Part shown: positions 19,334 to 27,955 of the stretch, piece by piece | Position numbering within the stretch: the stretch's first letter is position 1 | Layout: every line of letters starts with the position of its first letter | Position numbers and translations under genes: made by a program | The notes under the pieces: generated by a model | The model's input: the letters and a program-made list of their open reading frames with translations, nothing else | Databases searched by the model: none | What the model was told of the DNA's origin: nothing | From: Bacteroidota bacterium | GTDB lineage: Bacteria; Bacteroidota; Ignavibacteria; UBA10030; SZUA-254 | DNA length: 64,000 nt | Assembly: GCA_020056225.1 (NCBI GenBank) | Contig: JAGVIE010000025.1 | Location: 38,995-102,994, forward strand | Direction of reading: 5' to 3'

Positions 19334-20788
19334 TTATCTGACGAGCAACATCTTCTTCACCTGTGTGAACGACTTGCTTTGGTCAGCTACACCAACCGCA
19401 TCTAATCTAAAGAAATACACTCCTGATGCGGCAGTACTTGAGTTCCATTCCGTTGTTCGAAAACCTGCAGTTTCTATTCCATCCACAAGCACCTCTACAA
19501 CCTCCCCCAGTAGATTATAGATCGTAAGTTTTACTTTACTATCTACTGGCAAAGCGTACTTAAGTGTAGTTGTCGGATTAAACGGATTCGGGTAATTATG
19601 TTGTAATGCGAACTCCTTCGGCAGTTCGATATCTGTTCCTTTCCCCATCATCAGTTTAGTTGTCAAGATGGCAGAGGTATTGATCGTAATACTGCCTGAG
19701 CCTTTGAGCGGATATGTTTTTTGCTTCTCATTCTCAGTAGTTGTCTCCAGCGAGTAATTATTATCATCAGCATCCATCACCCACGTGATTGTGACAGGGT
19801 CTTTCGCACCGTTGATCATGATTGGAAATCGCTGTACTGCACTCTGTTTCTCAATATCGAATACCACAGCCGAGCGTTGCGAGTTGAAACGGACATCAAA
19901 TCCCACAGGCGGTGTAGGCGGAAGATCAAATTTATTAAGATTGAGTTCTACCTTCTTCGCAGTGAAATACAAAGTAGCCTTTCGACCGGTTCCATCTTGC
20001 ATTGTCAGGAAATGCAATCCTTTTTCGGTGGCAAGATTAGAACTGAGCGTTGAAAGGCTCAAGCTCTTTGCCTGCTTGGGAATACTTTGAGCAATGTCGG
20101 ACAATAGCAGAGTGCCTGTTTTGAGGACAAGCTTTCCTGCCTCACTTGTTTTTACCCAATACCCTTTGCCGGGTTTTAATGTGTCTTCTTCGTTGTATAT
20201 TCCGTCATAACCGAAGAAGACTGAAGTGATAGTCATTGGTGGTATTGGTTCAACATCTGCAACGAGGATTGGGTAATCGAGTGCACCGATCATATTCCAA
20301 CGGCCACTGACATCGATAGTATCGCGCATATAGCTCGTGCCTGCAAGTATGATCATGTCTGCGGATGGAAATTTTAGCCAGTAACCTACTCCGTTATGTA
20401 ATGTATCTTTTGTTTCATATGAGGTCACGTAGGCAAACGCATCCGAAACAGCCGTGGGAAAGAGTGTGGTTTTCCTTGAATCACTCACAATCAAAGGCAG
20501 TGAGATCATGTTCCATGATTCTGCCACAGCATATTCCAAAGTAGTAAAAGAGCCTGAATATGTCCGCAAACCTGGCATGAAGCCGCTCTCCATAATATTA
20601 CCGGTATCGAGGTATGTCATTTTCTGGATTGCCGGCTGACCGATGGACGAGCGAAGCACTATATCGCCGGAGGTTGCCTTCCCGCCGCCGCGATCTACCA
20701 CCCACCATGGGTGCGTTATTGTTTGTGTGTACACAAACATACTGCAAATTATAAGCAGTACATTTAGTAGTAAAATTTTTCGTTTCAT
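19334..20788 (-). CDS. Secreted hypothetical protein with a C-terminal T9SS sorting domain
   Basis: Signal peptide. C-terminus 'GVYFFRLDAVGVADQSKSFTQVKKMLLVR' is a typical T9SS CTD. Confidence 0.6.
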   Translation of the reverse strand: MKRKILLLNVLLIICSMFVYTQTITHPWWVVDRGGGKATSGDIVLRSSIGQPAIQKMTYLDTGNIMESGFMPGLRTYSGSFTTLEYAVAESWNMISLPLIVSDSRKTTLFPTAVSDAFAYVTSYETKDTLHNGVGYWLKFPSADMIILAGTSYMRDTIDVSGRWNMIGALDYPILVADVEPIPPMTITSVFFGYDGIYNEEDTLKPGKGYWVKTSEAGKLVLKTGTLLLSDIAQSIPKQAKSLSLSTLSSNLATEKGLHFLTMQDGTGRKATLYFTAKKVELNLNKFDLPPTPPVGFDVRFNSQRSAVVFDIEKQSAVQRFPIMINGAKDPVTITWVMDADDNNYSLETTTENEKQKTYPLKGSGSITINTSAILTTKLMMGKGTDIELPKEFALQHNYPNPFNPTTTLKYALPVDSKVKLTIYNLLGEVVEVLVDGIETAGFRTTEWNSSTAASGVYFFRLDAVGVADQSKSFTQVKKMLLVR

Positions 20789-20900
20789 ATTTTGATCTCC
20801 ATGTAATTTGTTGTTCGTACCTGCCCGCCGAAGTCCCTTAAGGCGGGACGCAGGCGGGTTTGTTGTTCGAAATTCGATTGTCTTTATGAACTCTTTTCCA

Positions 20901-22472
20901 CTAAAGTTTCATAATGAACGCCAACTTAAAGTAAGGCGGTAATGTGGTTGTACTCCCACTCGTAAATGATGCGATGTTAACATCATGTGTGTGTGCCTCG
21001 GACGCCGCAAAACTCACAGGAGCAGGAGATCCAAATATAACATTGGATCCTTCATTGGGCACAGTTGTTTGTGTGTTAGGAGGGTTAACAGAATGTGTGT
21101 GAGAAGTTGACCCGCCTGTTACACCGGGATTTTCTCCGTCAGAAGCTCCCCAGATAAATCTGTCCCGCAAATCCGGGGTTCCGTTAGCTCCATTGCAAAG
21201 CGCCCAACCGGCTGGGATGTTGATCAGCAATCCAGACCACATGACGATTACACCGGATGGTATCGAAGCCGCCGTGATCTGTGAGGTTCCGTCCGGGAAT
21301 TTGAAACCTCCGCTCGTCGAGTGGATGGTTCCGGCAACTTGAAGTTTTTCAGCGGGACTTACCGTCCCGAGGCCGACATTACCTGTGCTAAAATCGCCAT
21401 AAATGAGAGGTGGGTTGGTGAGGCTGTTGGCAATGTAGAGTTTGTTAGAACCGGTTTCATTGTAGCCAGCCTGATTTCCAAGGAACACATTGCTGTCGCC
21501 CTCGCTGTTGTAGCCAGCCTGACGTCCCAACGCAGTATTATAGTTTCCTGTGGAGTTGGAATAAAGCGCAACTATTCCGTTCGCGGTATTATAGCTTCCT
21601 GTAGTGTTGGAATATAGCGCACTGGATCCATTGGCGGTATTTTGGTTTCCTGTACTGTTTAAGTAAAGCGCACTCCTTCCATTGGCGGTATTATAGTCTC
21701 CTGTGGAGTTGGAATATAGCGACTGCCAACCATTGGCAGTATTGTTGTATCCATTAGAGTTGGAGTACAGCGACTGAAAACCATTGGCAGTATTGTTGTA
21801 TCCATTAGAGTTGGAGTACAGCGACTGAAAACCATTGGCAGTATTGTTGTATCCTACAGTATTGGAAAATCCAGATCGGTAGCCAACAAATACATTTCCA
21901 TTAGCTCCTAAGTCATCATTTGTCCCAGCTCCTTCTCCCACAAACACCGATTGCCCTGTATTGTATGTTTCTATTTGTCCTTTGGTTGTGATGCGGGTTC
22001 TCAATACATTATTGGTGCGGATATCGAATGCCTGTGCATCGGTGGTACCGACAAAATTCGTTCCTGCTGTAGTATTTGTATTGCCTTTAATATTCCAACT
22101 ACTAAGTGAATACGGTGCACTTGTTAACTCCGACCTCGGTGAAAATGTTAGGGGAGTTGAAATGCCCGGTCCGGCAAGTGCGGTCACTTCCACGAAAAGC
22201 GATTCGGCAAATATCGTGCTTGTCGGATGGAAAATCACGCTGAACGTCCCTCTTGAAACCGGGATTCCTGTCTGAGTTTCTGTGTACTTTAAACTTCCAT
22301 CAATGGGTAAATTGTAAATATCAAATTTTAAATCGTATCCTCCGTCGGTCACCGGCGTGCCTGCAGAAGTTGTAAGCAATCCCTGGTAAGAGATTTTGTT
22401 TGGTACTTGTGCAAGAGCTATCATGCTTACCCCAAGCACCAAAACCACGAGTATATTAATTAAGGTTTTCAT
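20901..22472 (-). CDS. Secreted tail-fibre-like protein: shared N-terminal module, 7 x 17-aa 'NTANGxxxLYSN(S/T)TGxx' repeats, and a phage tail-collar-like C-terminal domain
   Basis: Signal peptide. The N-terminal approximately 110 aa are nearly identical to the two downstream paralogs. The repeat array is NTANGFQSLYSNSNGYN x2 (identical) followed by diverged copies. 'GNVGLGTVSPAEKLQVAG' is a tail-fibre motif. The C-terminus 'IVMWSGLLINIPAGWALCNGANGTPDLRDRFIWGA' resembles a phage tail collar domain. Confidence 0.7.
   Translation of the reverse strand: MKTLINILVVLVLGVSMIALAQVPNKISYQGLLTTSAGTPVTDGGYDLKFDIYNLPIDGSLKYTETQTGIPVSRGTFSVIFHPTSTIFAESLFVEVTALAGPGISTPLTFSPRSELTSAPYSLSSWNIKGNTNTTAGTNFVGTTDAQAFDIRTNNVLRTRITTKGQIETYNTGQSVFVGEGAGTNDDLGANGNVFVGYRSGFSNTVGYNNTANGFQSLYSNSNGYNNTANGFQSLYSNSNGYNNTANGWQSLYSNSTGDYNTANGRSALYLNSTGNQNTANGSSALYSNTTGSYNTANGIVALYSNSTGNYNTALGRQAGYNSEGDSNVFLGNQAGYNETGSNKLYIANSLTNPPLIYGDFSTGNVGLGTVSPAEKLQVAGTIHSTSGGFKFPDGTSQITAASIPSGVIVMWSGLLINIPAGWALCNGANGTPDLRDRFIWGASDGENPGVTGGSTSHTHSVNPPNTQTTVPNEGSNVIFGSPAPVSFAASEAHTHDVNIASFTSGSTTTLPPYFKLAFIMKL
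21730..21831 (-). repeat. Perfect 51-bp tandem duplication (2 copies) inside the coding repeat array of the collar-domain protein
   Basis: Bases 21730-21780 equal 21781-21831 (ccattggcagtattgttgtatccattagagttggagtacagcgactgaaaa). This encodes the identical 17-aa units NTANGFQSLYSNSNGYN. Confidence 0.85.
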
Positions 22473-22488
22473 AAAGTCTCCTTTTTAA

Positions 22489-23190
22489 TTAGTTGTTTGT
22501 TATCCTCGTCAGAATGTATGCGAACTGCCCGGTCTTGCCGTCATATGTAGTGCACTCGTTCTGGTCGAACCACAGCTCAACCCGGAGTGTACCGCTAATG
22601 ACGACCGGACGTGCTGCGACTCTCAACGGCATGTAGGGTGGGCTTCCGCCCGTGGGTACGTACGCGCAAGCCGTCGCCACAACCTGATTAGCTTCCAGCG
22701 ACTGGAACGCGGTGTGCGTGATCACGATCGATATTTTGGGTGAAGCGCTCATAATGTCTGTGCCAAACATTCCTGATGCCGTACCAGCGCATACGAGATT
22801 AAGAGCATATAGAGCCGTATCTGACCTAAACGCATACGGCGCAGTCGTTAGCTCTGAGCGCGGTAAAAGTGTTACCGAATGACTTATACCCGGTCCATCA
22901 GTAATCGTTATTTGTACATACAACGATTCACTAAATATCCCGGATGGTGGATGCAGTATAACACTGAATGTCCCTTTCTCTACACTCACACCTGATTGTG
23001 ATTCTTCATGTTTTAAATCTCCACCAATCGGTAGATTGTAGATACCGAATTGTAGTTCATAGCTCCCATCCTGTACAGGTGTGTCAGAAGAAGTCGTCAG
23101 CAATCCCTGATAAGAGATTTTTTGCGGGACTTGCGCTGAAACAGAAATCACGATAAAACAGCACAACAAGATGGTAATGAAATATTTCAT
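22489..23190 (-). CDS. Secreted paralog of the tail-fibre-like family (shared N-terminal module, distinct Cys-containing C-terminal domain)
   Basis: Signal peptide. 'AQVPQKISYQGLLTTSSDTPVQDGSYELQFGIYNLP...LPRSELTTAPYA' aligns with the N-termini of the neighbours 20901..22472 and 23242..24195. Confidence 0.6.
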   Translation of the reverse strand: MKYFITILLCCFIVISVSAQVPQKISYQGLLTTSSDTPVQDGSYELQFGIYNLPIGGDLKHEESQSGVSVEKGTFSVILHPPSGIFSESLYVQITITDGPGISHSVTLLPRSELTTAPYAFRSDTALYALNLVCAGTASGMFGTDIMSASPKISIVITHTAFQSLEANQVVATACAYVPTGGSPPYMPLRVAARPVVISGTLRVELWFDQNECTTYDGKTGQFAYILTRITNN

Positions 23191-23241
23191 AACGGATCCT
23201 TTCTTGAAAAATAATTATGAATTTGTCAGATACTTGTGTAC

Positions 23242-24195
23242 TTAAAATTGAGTAACCATAATCCGGAACGTACCATTTAAAGGATTTTGTGCCGCCGCGG
23301 AATAATTATTAAACCGTACTGTTACTTCGTTATACGCGGAAACCCATGCAGTATAACAGGAATTTGCTGGAACACTGATGTCCGGAAGCCCCAGCGATAC
23401 TACATCACCAGGGATAGCACCGGTAACGGTCAGCAACAAATCCGCATTGCTCTGGGCGTTCGTACTCGGGAAATTCAATGCGATCGTGAGACTCAAAACT
23501 CTTGTTATCGGTGTCCCACCGATTCCTATGGTAACATCCTCAGCTTTGATGTTGCCGTTGACTTCCAATTTTTCAGTCGGTGTTGCCGTTCCAATGCCGA
23601 CGTTCCCGCCGGCAGGATTTAGTGCGAGCGGGGTAGTCCCGTAGTTTTTAAATGCCTGAAGCCGCCAGCTATCGTTATTGTACGGTTCCGATACAAAATA
23701 CTTCGAGCTTGTACTCCAGGTTCCCTGGCTAATCGCCCCGTTGACATGAAGTGGATTCAGCGGTGTTGCCACACCGATCCCAACGTTACCGGTCGTGAAC
23801 ACAACATTCGATCCTGTCGGGACCCACGGTGATAGTGAATAGGGAGCGCTCGTTAATTCTGAGCGAGGAGAGAATGTAATCGGCGATATTATCCCGGGAC
23901 CTGAAGTCGCGGTAACCTCGATATAGAGCGGTTCGCTAAATATCATCGGGAGGGGTCCGATGGTTAGACTGAACGCACCATGGCTGAGAATCACACCGGT
24001 ATGATTCTCCGAATGGCGCAATGTTCCACCGCTGGATGCATTAAAAAATTCGAATCGTAAATCGTACGATCCATCCTGTACGGGCGCACTTGCTGAAGTG
24101 ATGAGCAATCCCTGGTAAGAAATTTTATTTGGAATTTGCCCGTTCGCCAAACATATCAAAAACAAACATAGAAAAAATGTAACAATGTGTTTCAT
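23242..24195 (-). CDS. Secreted paralog of the tail-fibre-like family (shared N-terminal module plus 'NVGIGTATP..KL.VNG' fibre motifs)
   Basis: Signal peptide. 'GQIPNKISYQGLLITSASAPVQDGSYDLRFEFFN...SPRSELTSAPYSL'. Two 'GNVGIG(V/T)ATP' motifs typical of tail-fibre domain proteins. Confidence 0.6.
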   Translation of the reverse strand: MKHIVTFFLCLFLICLANGQIPNKISYQGLLITSASAPVQDGSYDLRFEFFNASSGGTLRHSENHTGVILSHGAFSLTIGPLPMIFSEPLYIEVTATSGPGIISPITFSPRSELTSAPYSLSPWVPTGSNVVFTTGNVGIGVATPLNPLHVNGAISQGTWSTSSKYFVSEPYNNDSWRLQAFKNYGTTPLALNPAGGNVGIGTATPTEKLEVNGNIKAEDVTIGIGGTPITRVLSLTIALNFPSTNAQSNADLLLTVTGAIPGDVVSLGLPDISVPANSCYTAWVSAYNEVTVRFNNYSAAAQNPLNGTFRIMVTQF

Positions 24196-24615
24196 AATGA
24201 TTCCTCACTTTAATTATGTAATTACATTTTATTTTCTATTAAATATTTTAGCGTTCTATTACTTGCGTTTGAATTGCATCTCCATCGTATTCAGGTGTTA
24301 TAGTTGAAGTAACTCAGTCACAATTCTCGCCTGACTGTCTTATAGAATCTTTGTGTAGGTGCATCATTTATCATTATACAACCGACCAAAGGTAGGTTGT
24401 ATATATACCCAGAGGTGTCGAACTAATGATAGAAAAATATTTATCTATTGTCAAACAAGCATTAATCGTCCTAAGACTTACCAGTGTGTCATTATACAAA
24501 CCGTTGGACAGTTAGAGACAGTTGCTTGATTTACCTCCCTTTATCTCTTGAATTTAGCCTGGAATTAGTGAATTTCTTTAAGTTTAAGGACAGCTTAAAC
24601 CTGAGAAATCGTAGA

Positions 24616-24634
24616 GTTCGATTCTCAATCGAAC
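24616..24634. other. Perfect 8-bp stem hairpin GTTCGATT-ctc-AATCGAAC downstream of the NTPase gene
   Basis: Read directly from the sequence. No U-tract follows. It superficially resembles a tRNA T-arm but no tRNA body is present. Confidence 0.4.
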
Positions 24635-24711
24635 CACAGTAAAACATCTCCCCCTTCCTTTCAGGGCTTGTCCTGATCGAAGCGAAAGATAAAAGATTTT
24701 ACAATTTGGTT

Positions 24712-26319
24712 TCAGTCTGGCTCGACTGGATCTTCGGTACTATCTGCGGTTGGTGATGAAGGTAAGCTTGATTGTGTCTCCGGCATATTTTCCTGTTGGG
24801 CTATACCGAGGCCAATCTGATAGAGCATCGGGATGGTAAATTCCATACTTGAATCTACGGTTCTTCCCACAGGCGTCAACAAACCGGTATCGTAAACCGC
24901 TCTGATTCCTTCATCTTCGTTTGGTGCGAGTTTCTCGAAAAGTTTATTTAGTTCCTCCCGTGTAAACCTGATCTTCGAACTTCCCCTGAATACATCGAAG
25001 TGTTTTGCAAGATGCGGGAATTCAGAATAGAGATAAGTATCGCATCTGTAGATGGAAAGCGCGGCAAATGCCTCTTTAAGTGCCTTTGCGCTAATCAGCC
25101 GACCTGATGTATGCTCACCTTCTTTGCGATTGACTTCGATCTGTTTCTCAACGGCAAGATTACCGAGATGGATTTGTTCACGAGGATAGACGTTCCCCAT
25201 TCCATCAGTAAGATTCTTGAGCATCCAGGTATGAGTGAACGGAAAATCCGGCTCAGAATTATCGTCTCTGCCCATGGTCGATTCGAAGAGAACATAAAAA
25301 TATTTCAATACATCTTCTTCTGTACCGTTGATGACATCCGCGACGGCGACCGACTCACCGGTTTGTTCTTCACAATATTCGCGCACAACCGGCTCGGCGA
25401 TAGCTCGCGAAACGAGTAACTTTAAAAGAAGCGAATCGTTCCATTTCATCTCGCTCGTGTAACTCACCAGGTGAGATTTATTGACGATCCGCAACTGACG
25501 GTAAATATCGTAACGAAGAAATATTTTAAAATGAATATTTTTAAAACGATTCGTCTGCTCGATCAGGAGCATAACCAAACCGGTGATTGATGATTTTAAT
25601 TTCTCGAAGTCATCGATAAACAACAGATCGAGTTTATCAAGCATCATCCATGCAAGACAGTTGGTTTCCTGAAGCACAATATCGATATGATCGAGAACCG
25701 CGGTAACGCTCATTCCGGTTTTATGCTTAAAATCACCGGCAAGTATTTTTGGAACCGCCTCATTCGACGACGGCTGATCTTTAAGCGAGGGTTTTACCAG
25801 CGACATAACACGCTGTTTCAACTTTCCTACCGTACTCTTCTCCTGCCCTAATCCCAAATCCTCAACGACCTGCTGGATGATCTTATACGCTTCCTTGAGT
25901 TTCGGATTTTTATTTTTATTGACCATATCGCGGATCTTTGGTTCTTCCGCTATCGCCGTGACGCTTTTCAAACCGATGATCATCAACCAGAAATAACGGA
26001 AATCGTCGATCGAATCCGATTTGATATCGCGGAATTCATTCCCGTATATATATTCTTCATTGTATAATCCATAGACAGGAACACAAAAAATATCTTCATA
26101 ACTTTTCGGAAAGAGGGAACGCAATTTTTCCTTATCGGTGCATAACAACCTGAACGAGGCACTCTTGCCGCTTCCCTTGCTTCCCAAAACGAGAGAATGC
26201 TGTGGTTTCATTACATGCCTCAGCATATCCGTTCCGATAAAACAATTTTCAAAACGGGTATCCGATTCGGCATCTACACGTCCGAAATTCAGCGCTGTTA
26301 ATACTTGTTGTGGCTCCAT
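24712..26319 (-). CDS. P-loop NTPase of unknown function (Walker A/B), an orphan ATPase
   Basis: Walker A 'LVLGSKGSGKSASF'. Walker B-like 'AWMMLDKLDLLFIDD'. Length is 535 aa with no recognisable partner domain. Confidence 0.6.
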   Translation of the reverse strand: MEPQQVLTALNFGRVDAESDTRFENCFIGTDMLRHVMKPQHSLVLGSKGSGKSASFRLLCTDKEKLRSLFPKSYEDIFCVPVYGLYNEEYIYGNEFRDIKSDSIDDFRYFWLMIIGLKSVTAIAEEPKIRDMVNKNKNPKLKEAYKIIQQVVEDLGLGQEKSTVGKLKQRVMSLVKPSLKDQPSSNEAVPKILAGDFKHKTGMSVTAVLDHIDIVLQETNCLAWMMLDKLDLLFIDDFEKLKSSITGLVMLLIEQTNRFKNIHFKIFLRYDIYRQLRIVNKSHLVSYTSEMKWNDSLLLKLLVSRAIAEPVVREYCEEQTGESVAVADVINGTEEDVLKYFYVLFESTMGRDDNSEPDFPFTHTWMLKNLTDGMGNVYPREQIHLGNLAVEKQIEVNRKEGEHTSGRLISAKALKEAFAALSIYRCDTYLYSEFPHLAKHFDVFRGSSKIRFTREELNKLFEKLAPNEDEGIRAVYDTGLLTPVGRTVDSSMEFTIPMLYQIGLGIAQQENMPETQSSLPSSPTADSTEDPVEPD

Positions 26320-26389
26320 GTTAACAAATATAATCTTTTATCTTAGAATTTCATATCCTTTTCTATCAATCCACTACACCAGCCATGTT

Positions 26390-27949
26390 TTATTTCCCTT
26401 CAGCCCATTCTGGTGTGATCACTACATCTATGCGCCGGTTCTTCGCCCTACCTTCCGGTGTATCGTTGCTCGCTATCGGTTTGGTCTCACCAAACCCTTC
26501 TGAATTTACCGGGAACTCGACACTCATATTTGCCATTAAATATTCAGCAACCGCATTGGCTCTCTTTTCAGAAAGAGTCTGGTTTATGTCGTCTCCACCT
26601 TGTGAATCTGTGTGTCCCTCGACTTTTATCCGCGAGCGCGGGAATTTAAGTATCGCTTCCTGTACTTTAGACAACAGCGGATAATATTGCGATTCGATGG
26701 CTGACTTGCCGACAGGAAATGTAAGTCCATATAGTCGTAAGATAATTGCATCACCTTCGCGAAGTACATTTCCTTCTTCTTCATTAAACATAGAAGCGAC
26801 TTTCTTGATAGTCGCTTCTTGATTGTGCTGCCTGTCGAGTTTGCGCTGTAATTCTTTCCCTTGTTCCTGAAGTTTCATTTCAGCATCGCTCAATGTGCCG
26901 AGCCGTTTGATCATCAGGTCGATTTGTTGTTTAAGATTCTCGATCTCGTCTTCTTTCGATCTGATATTCACTTCCGCCAGTTTCAATGAATCGGCATAGT
27001 TGCTAATCTTTGCATCCTTTGCCTTGACAGCTGAAATAATATCGATTATCACCGGATCGAAACCGTTTTCAAAATGAGCGTTAACATCCAGCACACTTCC
27101 GATTCTCTTCAGATCGAATTCTTTGGTGAGAAGAATCTCTTCCATCTCTTTCCGATCTTGCTTCATTTTCTCAATCGTTCTATTCAGATATAAAGCATGT
27201 GCGGCTTCGTATTTCGCTCCTTCGGCAAGCTGTCGTGCCTCGTCCGTATCATACCTATTTTGTTTGAGTAAATTTTCTACCTGAAGAGTTAGCTTGCGAG
27301 CGTTCGTGATCGTTTTAGGCGCGTTGTCTGCAACGTCTGTTTCGTCGGCTTGTTTTAACAATTCTCGTGCGGGCGAGAGATAATTTGATTTGATCGCCTC
27401 AAGCTCAGCCGCCCTGTAGTTTACTTCCGCCTCAGCGCCGTACTCCTTTGCGCTTTTTACGTCACCATCTTCCAATTCACGCGCGGCTTTATCAAATTGT
27501 TCTTCCGCTTTCTTCCAGAGTTCCTGTGAATACTTCAATGCGCCTGCACGTTCTGCATCGATGCGCGCACCCATAGCTGTAGTAAATGTTACTTCCCCGA
27601 TTTTACTCTGGTCAATTGCCTTGGCAAAATATGCAGAAGCATTTTTTATCTTCTCACGCATATCTTCAAGACTCTTCCCTTTCTTAAAGTACTCGTCAGC
27701 TTCAGAATAATAATTCATGGCTTTCTCGAAGCTCGAAGGTGAATAAAGATTTGCTTTCTTTTCTCTTGCCTGGTTCAACAGCTTATCTGCATCACCGAAC
27801 AGTTCGTTGCGGAGAGCTTCCTGCGCCGGGGAGAAACAAATTATAGAAAGAATCGAGACAACGATAAAACCGAGACTGCGATATTTAATTTTCATGTATT
27901 GCTCCTTTATTAACCTTTTGATTATACCGTAAATTGGAATGATTGTCAA
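26390..27949 (-). CDS. OmpA-family peptidoglycan-binding protein with a long N-terminal coiled-coil region
   Basis: Signal/TM segment, extended heptad-rich region, and a C-terminal OmpA domain 'IKVEGHTDSQGGDDINQTLSEKRANAVAEYLM...NRRIDVVI'. Confidence 0.8.
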   Translation of the reverse strand: MTIIPIYGIIKRLIKEQYMKIKYRSLGFIVVSILSIICFSPAQEALRNELFGDADKLLNQAREKKANLYSPSSFEKAMNYYSEADEYFKKGKSLEDMREKIKNASAYFAKAIDQSKIGEVTFTTAMGARIDAERAGALKYSQELWKKAEEQFDKAARELEDGDVKSAKEYGAEAEVNYRAAELEAIKSNYLSPARELLKQADETDVADNAPKTITNARKLTLQVENLLKQNRYDTDEARQLAEGAKYEAAHALYLNRTIEKMKQDRKEMEEILLTKEFDLKRIGSVLDVNAHFENGFDPVIIDIISAVKAKDAKISNYADSLKLAEVNIRSKEDEIENLKQQIDLMIKRLGTLSDAEMKLQEQGKELQRKLDRQHNQEATIKKVASMFNEEEGNVLREGDAIILRLYGLTFPVGKSAIESQYYPLLSKVQEAILKFPRSRIKVEGHTDSQGGDDINQTLSEKRANAVAEYLMANMSVEFPVNSEGFGETKPIASNDTPEGRAKNRRIDVVITPEWAEGK

Positions 27950-27955
27950 GATGAA

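Noticed and set aside
21600-21900. CRISPR-like array (regular direct repeats)
   Set aside because: The repeats are 51-bp in-frame coding units within a secreted protein gene, with no spacer-repeat alternation and no cas genes. Likewise the (ATTACT)6 repeat at 37429-37464 is a coding microsatellite.
20901-24195. Diversity-generating retroelement acting on the collar/tail-fibre paralogs
   Set aside because: No reverse transcriptase gene and no template/variable repeat pair with adenine-specific differences. The variation is domain swapping plus tandem repeats instead.
24609-24640. Possible 3' fragment of a tRNA gene (TTCGATTC T-loop-like sequence) that could mark an integration site
   Set aside because: It resolves into a simple perfect hairpin GTTCGATT-ctc-AATCGAAC. 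There is no acceptor-stem partner, D-arm or anticodon arm in the preceding 60 nt, and no CCA or discriminator context.
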